From positions 99,544 through 163,543 of IMG/VR virus record IMGVR_UViG_3300017917_002938: a DNA stretch of 64,000 nt; one strand, 5' to 3'. The stretch comes from a virus. Positions 8,060 through 15,024 of the stretch are shown piece by piece (within the stretch, counting starts at the first letter, position 1; each line of letters begins with the position of its first letter). The position numbers were made by a program, and so were the translations under genes. Under the pieces are notes generated by a model. That model did no database searches, had not been told where the DNA came from, and saw only the letters and a program-made list of their open reading frames with translations.

Positions 8060-8298
8060 TCTTTAACTCCGAAACGTTCCTTGATATCATCAATTAATAT
8101 ACTCAGCCCATAATCTGATGCTTCACCACGCCTACAGTTTGAATACTCAAGCGCATCGATGAATTCATTTAGCAACAACTCGGCAAATTTTTCTACTTCT
8201 GATCCCAATAGGACGTTTGCCGATTCGTAGATGTCTTGGGATTTCAGAGCCTCTGCTGGCCTGCATGATCTGTAGATTTCAGTTAGTCGTTCGTTCAT
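8056..8298 (-). CDS. Hypothetical protein (MNER...EKFAEL type)
   Basis: Tiled ORF. Confidence 0.6.
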   Translation of the reverse strand: MNERLTEIYRSCRPAEALKSQDIYESANVLLGSEVEKFAELLLNEFIDALEYSNCRRGEASDYGLSILIDDIKERFGVKE

Positions 8299-8504
8299 TA
8301 TCGTTCTCTGAATAATGGCATACTGTCAGTCATGTGTCTAATATACACCAAGTCAGGGAAAGTATCAAGGGAACCTCTATGGCTTTTGATTTTAATGTGA
8401 TGTTCAACCAAGTCTTTGGCGATAGTCTCAATCCCATAGAAAAACATTTCTGTGGCGCCTTGTTCTATTTGTTTTGCAAAGTGTTCTTTCATACGTTCGT
8501 TCAT
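8298..8504 (-). CDS. Hypothetical protein
   Basis: Tiled ORF, GGAG RBS. Confidence 0.55.
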   Translation of the reverse strand: MNERMKEHFAKQIEQGATEMFFYGIETIAKDLVEHHIKIKSHRGSLDTFPDLVYIRHMTDSMPLFRER

Positions 8505-8740
8505 CTCAACTCCGGCTCTTTATCATAGCATGTCAAACACACCGCATCGTACTTTGGACCCATACAGTGGTAGATGGCACCGTTGCAATACTTACACAAA
8601 ATAAATGCATGGGTCACAATGGATCCTTTTGGTGGTGCATACAGTTTATAGAACCCCTCTTCTCTTTCTACGTAACCAATATGTTCACGTATTAGTTCGT
8701 TCATTCTGGTAATACTCTTCTTGCAGGAATATGGGGCCAT
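8501..8740 (-). CDS. Small Cys-rich (CxxC...CxxC) protein
   Basis: LCKYCNG...VCLTCY; true start may be MNELIR. Confidence 0.55.
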   Translation of the reverse strand: MAPYSCKKSITRMNELIREHIGYVEREEGFYKLYAPPKGSIVTHAFILCKYCNGAIYHCMGPKYDAVCLTCYDKEPELR

Positions 8741-8897
8741 TTATTTCATGGAAAATCTCCAGCACCTCATCAAACTTCAATCCATGGCGATGGGAAACCA
8801 ATCGAAGTTGCTCCATGATCTGGGTATAGGTTTGATTGGTGGAGACTTGGCGAACTTCTTCTTCAATACCCATGTAAAAGTCCTTCAATTTACCCAT
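8685..8897 (-). CDS. Hypothetical protein
   Basis: AGGAG RBS. Confidence 0.6.
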   Translation of the reverse strand: MGKLKDFYMGIEEEVRQVSTNQTYTQIMEQLRLVSHRHGLKFDEVLEIFHEINGPIFLQEEYYQNERTNT

Positions 8898-9081
8898 GAT
8901 CTACTCCTGCCTTGACATCCATGTCGTGATAGATTTCCCAGACGTAGTCGGTACCGATTTGGTATTCAGAGGCAATCTCGTTGAATACTTCTAGCATTTC
9001 GTCAAAGGTCTCAAAACCCTTGGCTACCTCTTCGGCGACAGCCTCTCGTACATCCATGATTACTCGCTTGTAATATGCCAT
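8890..9081 (-). CDS. Hypothetical acidic protein
   Basis: AAGGAG RBS. Confidence 0.6.
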   Translation of the reverse strand: MAYYKRVIMDVREAVAEEVAKGFETFDEMLEVFNEIASEYQIGTDYVWEIYHDMDVKAGVDHG

Positions 9082-9452
9082 TATGCTATCTCCTTTGGCA
9101 CTAAATCACCGTCAATCGTAATACGGGGTTCGGGGAATTGAACAAACCCTTCGTACTCCATCTGGCTTTGTTCGAACTCAGATACCCATCCGTTATCCTC
9201 GATCGAATACCCCAGGATGTATTCCCGGCAGTACTCGTTGTTTCGTTCGATCTTGGGACCGATGATGTTATCCACGATATCGCGGATCTTCTTATCGAAG
9301 AACTCATCGGTAGGACGGACGGAGTATTCCACGTCTTCAACCACGTACGAAGAACCACCCTTCATCTTCCAATACTGGGGGCACTCACCTTTGCCATCCC
9401 AATCGTGGGCACCGTAGTTTTCCATGTATTGGGTATTAATAACTAATTTCAT
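9081..9452 (-). CDS. Hypothetical early protein
   Basis: TQYMENYGAHDWDGKGECPQYWKMKGG motif; first gene after a promoter cassette. Confidence 0.75.
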   Translation of the reverse strand: MKLVINTQYMENYGAHDWDGKGECPQYWKMKGGSSYVVEDVEYSVRPTDEFFDKKIRDIVDNIIGPKIERNNEYCREYILGYSIEDNGWVSEFEQSQMEYEGFVQFPEPRITIDGDLVPKEIA

Positions 9453-9456
9453 ACCG

Positions 9457-9511
9457 TTCCTTTCTCATTCATCATAATACAATTATAGAGAAATGTCGAA
9501 ATTAAATCAAC
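9457..9511 (-). promoter_or_regulatory. Early promoter + RBS cassette, repeat copy
   Basis: GTTGATTTAATTTCGACATTTCTCTATAAT-TGTATTATGATGAATGAGAAAGGAA. Confidence 0.85.
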
Positions 9512-9677
9512 AGGTTTTTTCGCCATGGAGACACTCATGGATAAGAGAGTTCACGAAATCACAATACTCTTGATCCAGTAAGGCCAAATACTCCTCTTCT
9601 TGACGAAGTTCTAACATGTAGTTGTAGAACTCGTATCCGGAGTCTTCTTCACACTGAATTTGATCAAATGAGTCCAT
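9507..9677 (-). CDS. Hypothetical acidic 56-aa protein
   Basis: Manual translation MDSFDQIQCEEDSGYEFYNYMLELRQEEEYLALLDQEY...; its TGA stop lies inside the next -35 box. Confidence 0.5.
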   Translation of the reverse strand: MDSFDQIQCEEDSGYEFYNYMLELRQEEEYLALLDQEYCDFVNSLIHECLHGEKTC

Positions 9678-9679
9678 GA

Positions 9680-9994
9680 TTAAGATCCCATAGAGACTTC
9701 GAACTTACCGTTACGGCGGTAGAAACGTTCGATGAAATTACCCCAGTATCCGGCCTTCTCTACAATCTCACCAATGGATACTTTAGCCTGGGGAATATTG
9801 AATTTACCGTCTTTGACTTCTACGGTGGTAGAGAACCCATCATACCATACCTCATGGATGCCATCGTGCATCATGCGGACTTGATTGTGGGGGGAGCCTT
9901 TGCAGTCCATATCGAAGAAGATAGCAGCATCCATTTCCTGCCAATCATCGTAATCGCCGGAAGTATCTTTGTAGATTGACCAAACCATCTGCAT
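9680..9994 (-). CDS. Hypothetical protein
   Basis: AAGGAG RBS. Confidence 0.65.
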   Translation of the reverse strand: MQMVWSIYKDTSGDYDDWQEMDAAIFFDMDCKGSPHNQVRMMHDGIHEVWYDGFSTTVEVKDGKFNIPQAKVSIGEIVEKAGYWGNFIERFYRRNGKFEVSMGS

Positions 9995-10006
9995 TTGATT
10001 ATCTCC

Positions 10007-10102
10007 TTAGATGAAGCAAATTGCGATCATGAAAACCGCAAAAGCCGCACAACACAACACTTCTTCTACTTTCTCGCGAAACGTCAGATCTTTGAATTCC
10101 AT
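10007..10102 (-). CDS. Small 31-aa membrane peptide
   Basis: MEFKDLTFREKVEEVLCCAAFAVFMIAICFI directly after the cassette RBS (AAAGGTG). Confidence 0.5.
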   Translation of the reverse strand: MEFKDLTFREKVEEVLCCAAFAVFMIAICFI

Positions 10103-10107
10103 TTCAT

Positions 10108-10162
10108 CACCTTTCTTAATCATCATACCTTAATTATAAGGATATGTCGAAATTAAATCAAC
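10108..10162 (-). promoter_or_regulatory. Early promoter + RBS cassette, repeat copy
   Basis: GTTGATTTAATTTCGACATATCCTTATAAT-TAAGGTATGATGATTAAGAAAGGTG. Confidence 0.85.
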
Positions 10163-10192
10163 TGTTTATAAAGTAATAAGAAATAGTTACTT

Positions 10193-10477
10193 TTACGGTT
10201 GTTCGGTGTAAGGGATTCGAACGATGAGAGACTGAAGGAAAACCATTCTACCCCAGACACGGGCAGGTATAGTTTTGATTGAAAAGTCGTTAACGCCGGA
10301 TTTAATCAAAGTCTGGCGGATGTCCATGATTAGATCGTGAGCGCTATCGCGTGAGTAGCACTTGACCGTGCGGCATTTTTCGTACCGGTTGGTGTAAATC
10401 ATGTAACTCGGTTTACCGTACTGGCGCATGACCGAACGTACGATTTGGGTAGGGCGAATACAATCTTTGATTTCCAT
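10193..10477 (-). CDS. Hypothetical basic protein
   Basis: YTNRYEKCRTVKCY motif; start trimmed to MEIKD after cassette RBS. Confidence 0.65.
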   Translation of the reverse strand: MEIKDCIRPTQIVRSVMRQYGKPSYMIYTNRYEKCRTVKCYSRDSAHDLIMDIRQTLIKSGVNDFSIKTIPARVWGRMVFLQSLIVRIPYTEQP

Positions 10478-10483
10478 AATATC

Positions 10484-10538
10484 ATCCTTTCTCATTCATC
10501 ATACGTTCATTATAGAGAAACTCGGAAATTAAATCCAC
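10484..10538 (-). promoter_or_regulatory. Early promoter + RBS cassette, repeat copy
   Basis: GTGGATTTAATTTCCGAGTTTCTCTATAAT-GAACGTATGATGAATGAGAAAGGAT. Confidence 0.85.
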
Positions 10539-10675
10539 GGTTACTATTTTAATAACCCTTGGATCTAGCGGCTTTTCCGGCCGCTATGATACCCAGGAGG
10601 CAGCGCTGGGGGATGATGAGTCCACAGATGATGATGAGAAAGCCCAGCGCTGCCAAAACCAGACGTAGCCATACG

Positions 10676-10903
10676 TTATACAATACAACCTTGATCCACT
10701 TCATTAATTGATCCTAATTCTTTTGAAATCGTGTTTACTACTACCCATACGGCGGTCATCACCGCGGCTGGGTTATCGGAGGCGTTGGCCACCTTAACAG
10801 CATAATCAAACGCCTCCGACAGTGTCTCGCGGTCGGCAAACAACGAGCTCTTGATTTGTTTTCGGTATTCGTCTAAACTCATTTTGTTAGGTTCCCAATT
10901 CAT
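10676..10903 (-). CDS. Hypothetical protein
   Basis: LFADRETLSEAFDYA...VMTAVWVVVNTI. Confidence 0.65.
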   Translation of the reverse strand: MNWEPNKMSLDEYRKQIKSSLFADRETLSEAFDYAVKVANASDNPAAVMTAVWVVVNTISKELGSINEVDQGCIV

Positions 10904-11100
10904 TCTACCAGCGCCCCCTCAAATTGTTCGTACATCTGAATGAAATCTTTGCATTGGGTGTACATATGGTGAAAGGCTCGGAGTTCGTACTCATTCATAT
11001 CCATTTCACCATGGCCAAAGCAAAACTGTTCCATCTTATCCAGGCATTGGCCCAGATCACCGGAGGTGTTCTCAAACACACAATATGACATGGAAGGCAT
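10900..11100 (-). CDS. Hypothetical protein (MSYCxFENTxxDL type)
   Basis: Start trimmed to MPSMSYCVFENT after AAGGA RBS. Confidence 0.65.
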   Translation of the reverse strand: MPSMSYCVFENTSGDLGQCLDKMEQFCFGHGEMDMNEYELRAFHHMYTQCKDFIQMYEQFEGALVE

Positions 11101-11188
11101 TATTCTACATCCTTTAGAGTAACGGGGTTCAACAACTGCTTGACCATCCACTCGAACACTTTTTGACTCAATTCTGAATTCGATTCCA

Positions 11189-11374
11189 TTACACCACCTC
11201 TTTCACTTGAAACAACTTTCTACCTTCGGCCATGAACATTCTGAATTCACGTCCAACTTGTGTACCGCGATACTCTTCGAAGTTCTCATCAATGAACTGC
11301 ATGGCTTCGAGGATTCCAAAGCCTTTCCAGGCCTGGCGGATACACTCTACTTCATTCATCAGATTCTCGTACAT
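11189..11374 (-). CDS. Hypothetical protein
   Basis: Start trimmed to MYENL after cassette RBS. Confidence 0.65.
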   Translation of the reverse strand: MYENLMNEVECIRQAWKGFGILEAMQFIDENFEEYRGTQVGREFRMFMAEGRKLFQVKEVV

Positions 11375-11379
11375 TTGAT

Positions 11380-11434
11380 TTCCTTTCTCATTCATCATAA
11401 TACAATTATAAGGATATGTCGAAATTAAATCAAC
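11380..11434 (-). promoter_or_regulatory. Early promoter + RBS cassette, repeat copy
   Basis: GTTGATTTAATTTCGACATATCCTTATAAT-TGTATTATGATGAATGAGAAAGGAA. Confidence 0.85.
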
Positions 11435-11597
11435 TGTTTTCTTCCACGGCTTCCTTGATGCAATCCAGGCATTGGATGAGGCCGGAGAACATCTTGAAAT
11501 TCCCCTTGATCTTGGACTGGCCGCACACCGGGCACAGCTGGCGTTCGCCCAAGTACCGTTGGGTGGAGTATTTGGATTGATAGAAGAACGTAGCCAT
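11430..11597 (-). CDS. Small Zn-finger protein (55 aa)
   Basis: Manual translation MATFFYQSKYSTQRYLGERQLCPVCGQSKIKGNFKMFSGLIQCLDCIKEAVEENS; GAGGAG RBS; TGA stop inside next -35 box. Confidence 0.6.
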   Translation of the reverse strand: MATFFYQSKYSTQRYLGERQLCPVCGQSKIKGNFKMFSGLIQCLDCIKEAVEENS

Positions 11598-11884
11598 TAT
11601 GCGGTCTCCTCAATCAACCCCAGACACTCCAGCACTCGAATCTCGGCCATATAGTTCTTCCCACCGATGTGCCAGCGATGGAGCCCCATGGGTGTGGTAT
11701 ACTCTTTCCAATCGTAGATCGTGGCGATCGTACCGTCTTCAAACTCCAGGCACCATTCACAGGTGGTTTTATCGCCACCCAGAGAATCAGGTTCCCCGAA
11801 CACCTCTACCAGGCGGTGGTAGTAGGTTTCCACGTAGCCGACTCGGCCGGTCATATTAGGGTTTGCGTCTTTGGTGAATTTCAT
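11597..11884 (-). CDS. Conserved phage hypothetical protein
   Basis: LVEVFGEP...EW...ATIYDWK...WHIGG pattern. Confidence 0.7.
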   Translation of the reverse strand: MKFTKDANPNMTGRVGYVETYYHRLVEVFGEPDSLGGDKTTCEWCLEFEDGTIATIYDWKEYTTPMGLHRWHIGGKNYMAEIRVLECLGLIEETA

Positions 11885-12171
11885 ACAATCTCCTTACCAT
11901 CGGACGTTACCAGCACCATTTCTTCGCTTTCACGTCTATCCATCATTTCACTCAGAATGAACTTCGCGCGATTGAGTTGCTTGCGAACGTACTCGTTAGA
12001 GTTAGGGGAAGGGATGGTTGGATTATTCATCTCGATCATCTCTTGGCAATCGGACAAGATACCCATCACCACCATTTCCAAACCGGAGAACTTAGCGGTA
12101 ATGGATTCCATGTATTGTCTACGGATCTCAACTTCTGTCATACCGTAGCAGCGCTTTTCAAATTCAGTCAT
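11881..12171 (-). CDS. Hypothetical early protein
   Basis: Start trimmed to MTEFEKRCYG after cassette RBS. Confidence 0.7.
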   Translation of the reverse strand: MTEFEKRCYGMTEVEIRRQYMESITAKFSGLEMVVMGILSDCQEMIEMNNPTIPSPNSNEYVRKQLNRAKFILSEMMDRRESEEMVLVTSDGKEIV

Positions 12172-12176
12172 TTCAT

Positions 12177-12232
12177 TTCCTTTCTCATTCATCATAAGAA
12201 TAATTATAGAGAAATGACGAAATTAAATCAAC
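12177..12232 (-). promoter_or_regulatory. Early promoter + RBS cassette, repeat copy
   Basis: GTTGATTTAATTTCGTCATTTCTCTATAAT-TATTCTTATGATGAATGAGAAAGGAA. Confidence 0.85.
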
Positions 12233-12241
12233 CGCTTTTTT

Positions 12242-12475
12242 CCTCACAGAATCCGTGGGGTCTCCAATACCTTACTGAGCCGTATGGGTATTGGAGGGGA
12301 AAAGGTGCCTGTTTTTAGATCATGCCCAGGCTCGATCCTGCTCTTAAACACCGGACGGATTTGGCAGCCGTTACCGTCCTACTATGGGGCGCCTTTTGGT
12401 CCTTTAATACCGAGGTGGATCTCACGTAAGAGATAAGCCACCGATACCCCGTACTCCAACCCCTCCCGGGGTGTC
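12242..12475 (+). ncRNA. Candidate structured ncRNA or ssDNA-structured element
   Basis: Seven adjacent or nested inverted repeats in a GC-rich gap with no credible ORF; imperfect pairs are G-U on the plus strand. Confidence 0.45.
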
Positions 12476-12700
12476 TTATAGACCGGCTTCTACAATAGCC
12501 TTGGCTTTAGCAAAGTAGATAGAAGCGTTGGTCTTGGTGATTTTGAGGTCTTCTACCATCACCTGGATGATTTCATCCTTAGGCAACAGACCATTCACAC
12601 GGAACAACTCCACCGCTACAGCCAACTTGGTGCCGGCCTTGGGCGCTCGCTTGAACACGTACTGCTTACCTTTGAGCTTGGTTACGGATTCGATTTTCAT
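12476..12700 (-). CDS. Small basic putative DNA-binding protein (paralog of 6522-6998 C-terminus)
   Basis: AAGGAG RBS; first gene after a promoter cassette; shared motif. Confidence 0.65.
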   Translation of the reverse strand: MKIESVTKLKGKQYVFKRAPKAGTKLAVAVELFRVNGLLPKDEIIQVMVEDLKITKTNASIYFAKAKAIVEAGL

Positions 12701-12705
12701 GGTTT

Positions 12706-12756
12706 CTCCTTATTCACTATACCTCTATTATGGATTCTACCGGAAATTAAATCAAC
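12706..12756 (-). promoter_or_regulatory. Early promoter + RBS cassette, repeat copy
   Basis: GTTGATTTAATTTCCGGTAGAATCCATAAT...GAATAAGGAG. Confidence 0.75.
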
Positions 12757-12905
12757 TGAATTCATGACTAAAGAGCCCCTTTTCTGCTTGATTTAATTTA
12801 TGAGTCTGAGCCAGACTTCAGAATTCTTCTGAGACCCTCTTCTCCCAGGAGCTCTCCAGGCAGAGCATTATTCCCAGAGCATTTCCCTATTTTCTTCTGT
12901 AAATT

Positions 12906-12913
12906 GCTAAATA
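12906..12913 (+). promoter_or_regulatory. Late promoter variant for the only plus-strand gene
   Basis: GCTAAATA, about 30 nt before the AGGAG RBS/ATG of 12944. Confidence 0.5.
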
Positions 12914-12943
12914 AACAAATCTAATTCATTCAGGAGCCCGTCC

Positions 12944-13441
12944 ATGTACTTTTTCTATCTCACCAAAGACTCTATCATCATTACTGAGGAGAGGTTAAAG
13001 CATGAGCAAATACAATCGACCAAAGACTATGACAATATTGACAAGATCGTAGATCAATTGAAGAGGACTTATAAAGATTGTTCTATTGATAGACGTGTCA
13101 AGGTCAAGAGACAATTTGGATGGAAGTATTGGTCTGATGAAACCAAAGAAAAGAGTAGGAAAGCCATTTCCCGTTCTCTGACTGGATTGTTAAAGAGCGA
13201 GGAGCACAAGAGAGCGATCTCTCTGGCCCGTAAGGGTAAAGGTAACTTTACCGGTAAGAAACATACTGACTATACTAAAGCACTTCTATCTCATGCCAGA
13301 CGAGGTAAGGATCCTATTAAAGGTAAACGTTGGTGTCATAATCCTTTAACCGGGGAAGAGAGACGTCTCTATGAGTTAATTGAAGGATTTACTTGGGGTC
13401 GTTCACCAGAAATCAAAGATTACTTCGGTCGTTGGCGTTAA
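12944..13441 (+). CDS. NUMOD3-repeat DNA-binding protein (homing-endonuclease-like)
   Basis: SDETKEKSRKAIS, KSEEHKRAISLARKG, GKKHTDYTKALLS repeats; C-terminal KRWCHN...GFTWGR. Confidence 0.7.
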   Translation: MYFFYLTKDSIIITEERLKHEQIQSTKDYDNIDKIVDQLKRTYKDCSIDRRVKVKRQFGWKYWSDETKEKSRKAISRSLTGLLKSEEHKRAISLARKGKGNFTGKKHTDYTKALLSHARRGKDPIKGKRWCHNPLTGEERRLYELIEGFTWGRSPEIKDYFGRWR

Positions 13442-13800
13442 CGCCTCATCTGGGCCACATCAATGGCATGCTGTTCATCAATAATAGGAATAGCATTTGA
13501 CTTATGCATCGTAGCAATTCCTTTGATTAACGTCCCCGTATAAACCTTTCTTTCTACCGGGGCCGTCGATCCACTACCCGTATCTAACGAAGGATAATGA
13601 GGAACCTCTCGAATAGGCTGACGCGTGACGATCGGCGATCGTATATTCTTTACCGCCTCGACCTTGATATTAGAGTAAGTAGTCTTATACTTCTTCTCCA
13701 ACTCCTCGTTCTGCCTCTTGAATGCAGCCTTAGAACGGGCAGCCAGCTTCTTACCCTTCTTCGTTGACTTAGATGATTGATAGGTATAAATCAGACTCAT
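13438..13800 (-). CDS. Conserved T4-like hypothetical protein
   Basis: YTGTLIKGIATMHKSNAIPI C-terminal motif. Confidence 0.7.
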   Translation of the reverse strand: MSLIYTYQSSKSTKKGKKLAARSKAAFKRQNEELEKKYKTTYSNIKVEAVKNIRSPIVTRQPIREVPHYPSLDTGSGSTAPVERKVYTGTLIKGIATMHKSNAIPIIDEQHAIDVAQMRR

Positions 13801-13994
13801 TCGTTATCCTTCCATATCCATCCCAACATTATACGCGTATACCATCGATGAATCAACTTCGGTCTCTTGGTACAGTGCACATGAAACGATTCATTAATCT
13901 CCCACCTCCCCTTGTATTGAGGGGGAGAGAATACTTCTAAGTGATGATTACTCACCACTTCTTTTAGTTTAAGTAGACTATTGTCCTCGTTCAT
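13797..13994 (-). CDS. Hypothetical protein
   Basis: Tiled ORF. Confidence 0.55.
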   Translation of the reverse strand: MNEDNSLLKLKEVVSNHHLEVFSPPQYKGRWEINESFHVHCTKRPKLIHRWYTRIMLGWIWKDNE

Positions 13995-14887
13995 CCTTGA
14001 ACCAACATGTACTTGGCCAATTGCTTCCAGTTAGAGTTGCCAGAGTTGGCAATCTTGGCCGTTTGAATCAGAGTTCGTAGAGAGATCTCCTTGCACTCAT
14101 TCATGTTCTGACGAATGATCTCCAACGCCGACCTCTTACTGTCAATCGATACGTTAGGCAAGAACTCATCCGAAGACATGATCGTCTCCATACGCTCGAG
14201 CTTTTGCTCGGTATTCATCGACAAATCAATATTCATCGATCGAGTCTTCAACGCCTGATCCAGTCTTTCGGGGGAGAGGTTAGAGATAAAGATCACCCCG
14301 CCCTTGAATGAGAACGAACGAGGAAGATTGGGATCTCGCATCTCACTGTTCCAAGTGATGATACGACGATCGAACGAGTCCAACGCACCCTTCAATAGGT
14401 TCAAAGCATCAGGGTCCTTCAATACAGAATCACAATCGTCAAACACAATGACACTGTTACGATTCTCATAAAGAATACGATAGAGAGCCTTAGCAGTAGA
14501 AAAGCCCTTGATCACAGAGAACATCATGTTGGTCATCACTACCGAACCAATATCCTTCTCCGCTAACACATCGGACATATCTCGGAGCCCGGCTGCCTCT
14601 AACGCTTTGATCACAGTATAAGACTTACCCAACCCTCCCTCACCAGTAATAATCACCGAGGGAGTTTGCTTCTTAGCTACCATCTCAACCACATTCTGCA
14701 CAAAGCCAAAACGTTCATTGATAGGAAACTCAATGGACTTCTCTTTCTGCTTGGCTTGCTCGACCTTGGAGTCAGCAGCATGGGAGGCCAGTTGTCGTTC
14801 AACATAGTACTTCGAAGAACTCTTTACAACTAACTTACCGTTCACATATCCGTGATACTTACCTGAAATCAACTCAATCTTAGTCAT
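13991..14887 (-). CDS. AAA+ ATPase
   Basis: Walker A GEGGLGKS, Walker B VIVFDDCD, sensor-1 IFISN, arginine finger ALKTR. Confidence 0.85.
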   Translation of the reverse strand: MTKIELISGKYHGYVNGKLVVKSSSKYYVERQLASHAADSKVEQAKQKEKSIEFPINERFGFVQNVVEMVAKKQTPSVIITGEGGLGKSYTVIKALEAAGLRDMSDVLAEKDIGSVVMTNMMFSVIKGFSTAKALYRILYENRNSVIVFDDCDSVLKDPDALNLLKGALDSFDRRIITWNSEMRDPNLPRSFSFKGGVIFISNLSPERLDQALKTRSMNIDLSMNTEQKLERMETIMSSDEFLPNVSIDSKRSALEIIRQNMNECKEISLRTLIQTAKIANSGNSNWKQLAKYMLVQG

Positions 14888-14892
14888 GTCAT

Positions 14893-14947
14893 ACCTTTCT
14901 CAATCATCAATATACCAATTGTAAGGATGTCAGGAAATTAAATCAAC
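14893..14947 (-). promoter_or_regulatory. Early promoter + RBS cassette, repeat copy
   Basis: GTTGATTTAATTTCCTGACATCCTTACAAT...GATGATTGAGAAAGGT. Confidence 0.8.
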
Positions 14948-15024
14948 AACTTTCTCCCCCTGAAAATCATCAATAAAATCAATGAGTTATACCAGAGAAT
15001 GTGGGGAAACGCTGGTTTTCCCAT

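Noticed and set aside
10611-10642. GATGATGAG...GAAAG inside a stem as a hammerhead ribozyme or box C/D RNA
   Set aside because: No CUGAUGA core, stem II or box D; the GAT runs are explained as Ile codons on the opposite strand.
11425-11613. 62-aa minus-strand ORF in the track
   Set aside because: The alternative frame 11430-11597 has a GAGGAG RBS, a CxxC/CxxC motif and tiles with its neighbours.
11375-12195. Shared N-terminus MMNEKGN in two ORFs (and MRKDDI at 10495) as a conserved leader peptide
   Set aside because: It is the translation of the cassette leader ATGATGAATGAGAAAGGA, i.e. the RBS; the real starts are the next ATG.
7005-14947. Recurrent ~55-bp repeat read as a CRISPR array or integron attC sites
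   Set aside because: Copies are 370-2500 bp apart, separated by whole genes, non-palindromic, and resolve into -35/-10/RBS elements; no cas or integrase in the window.
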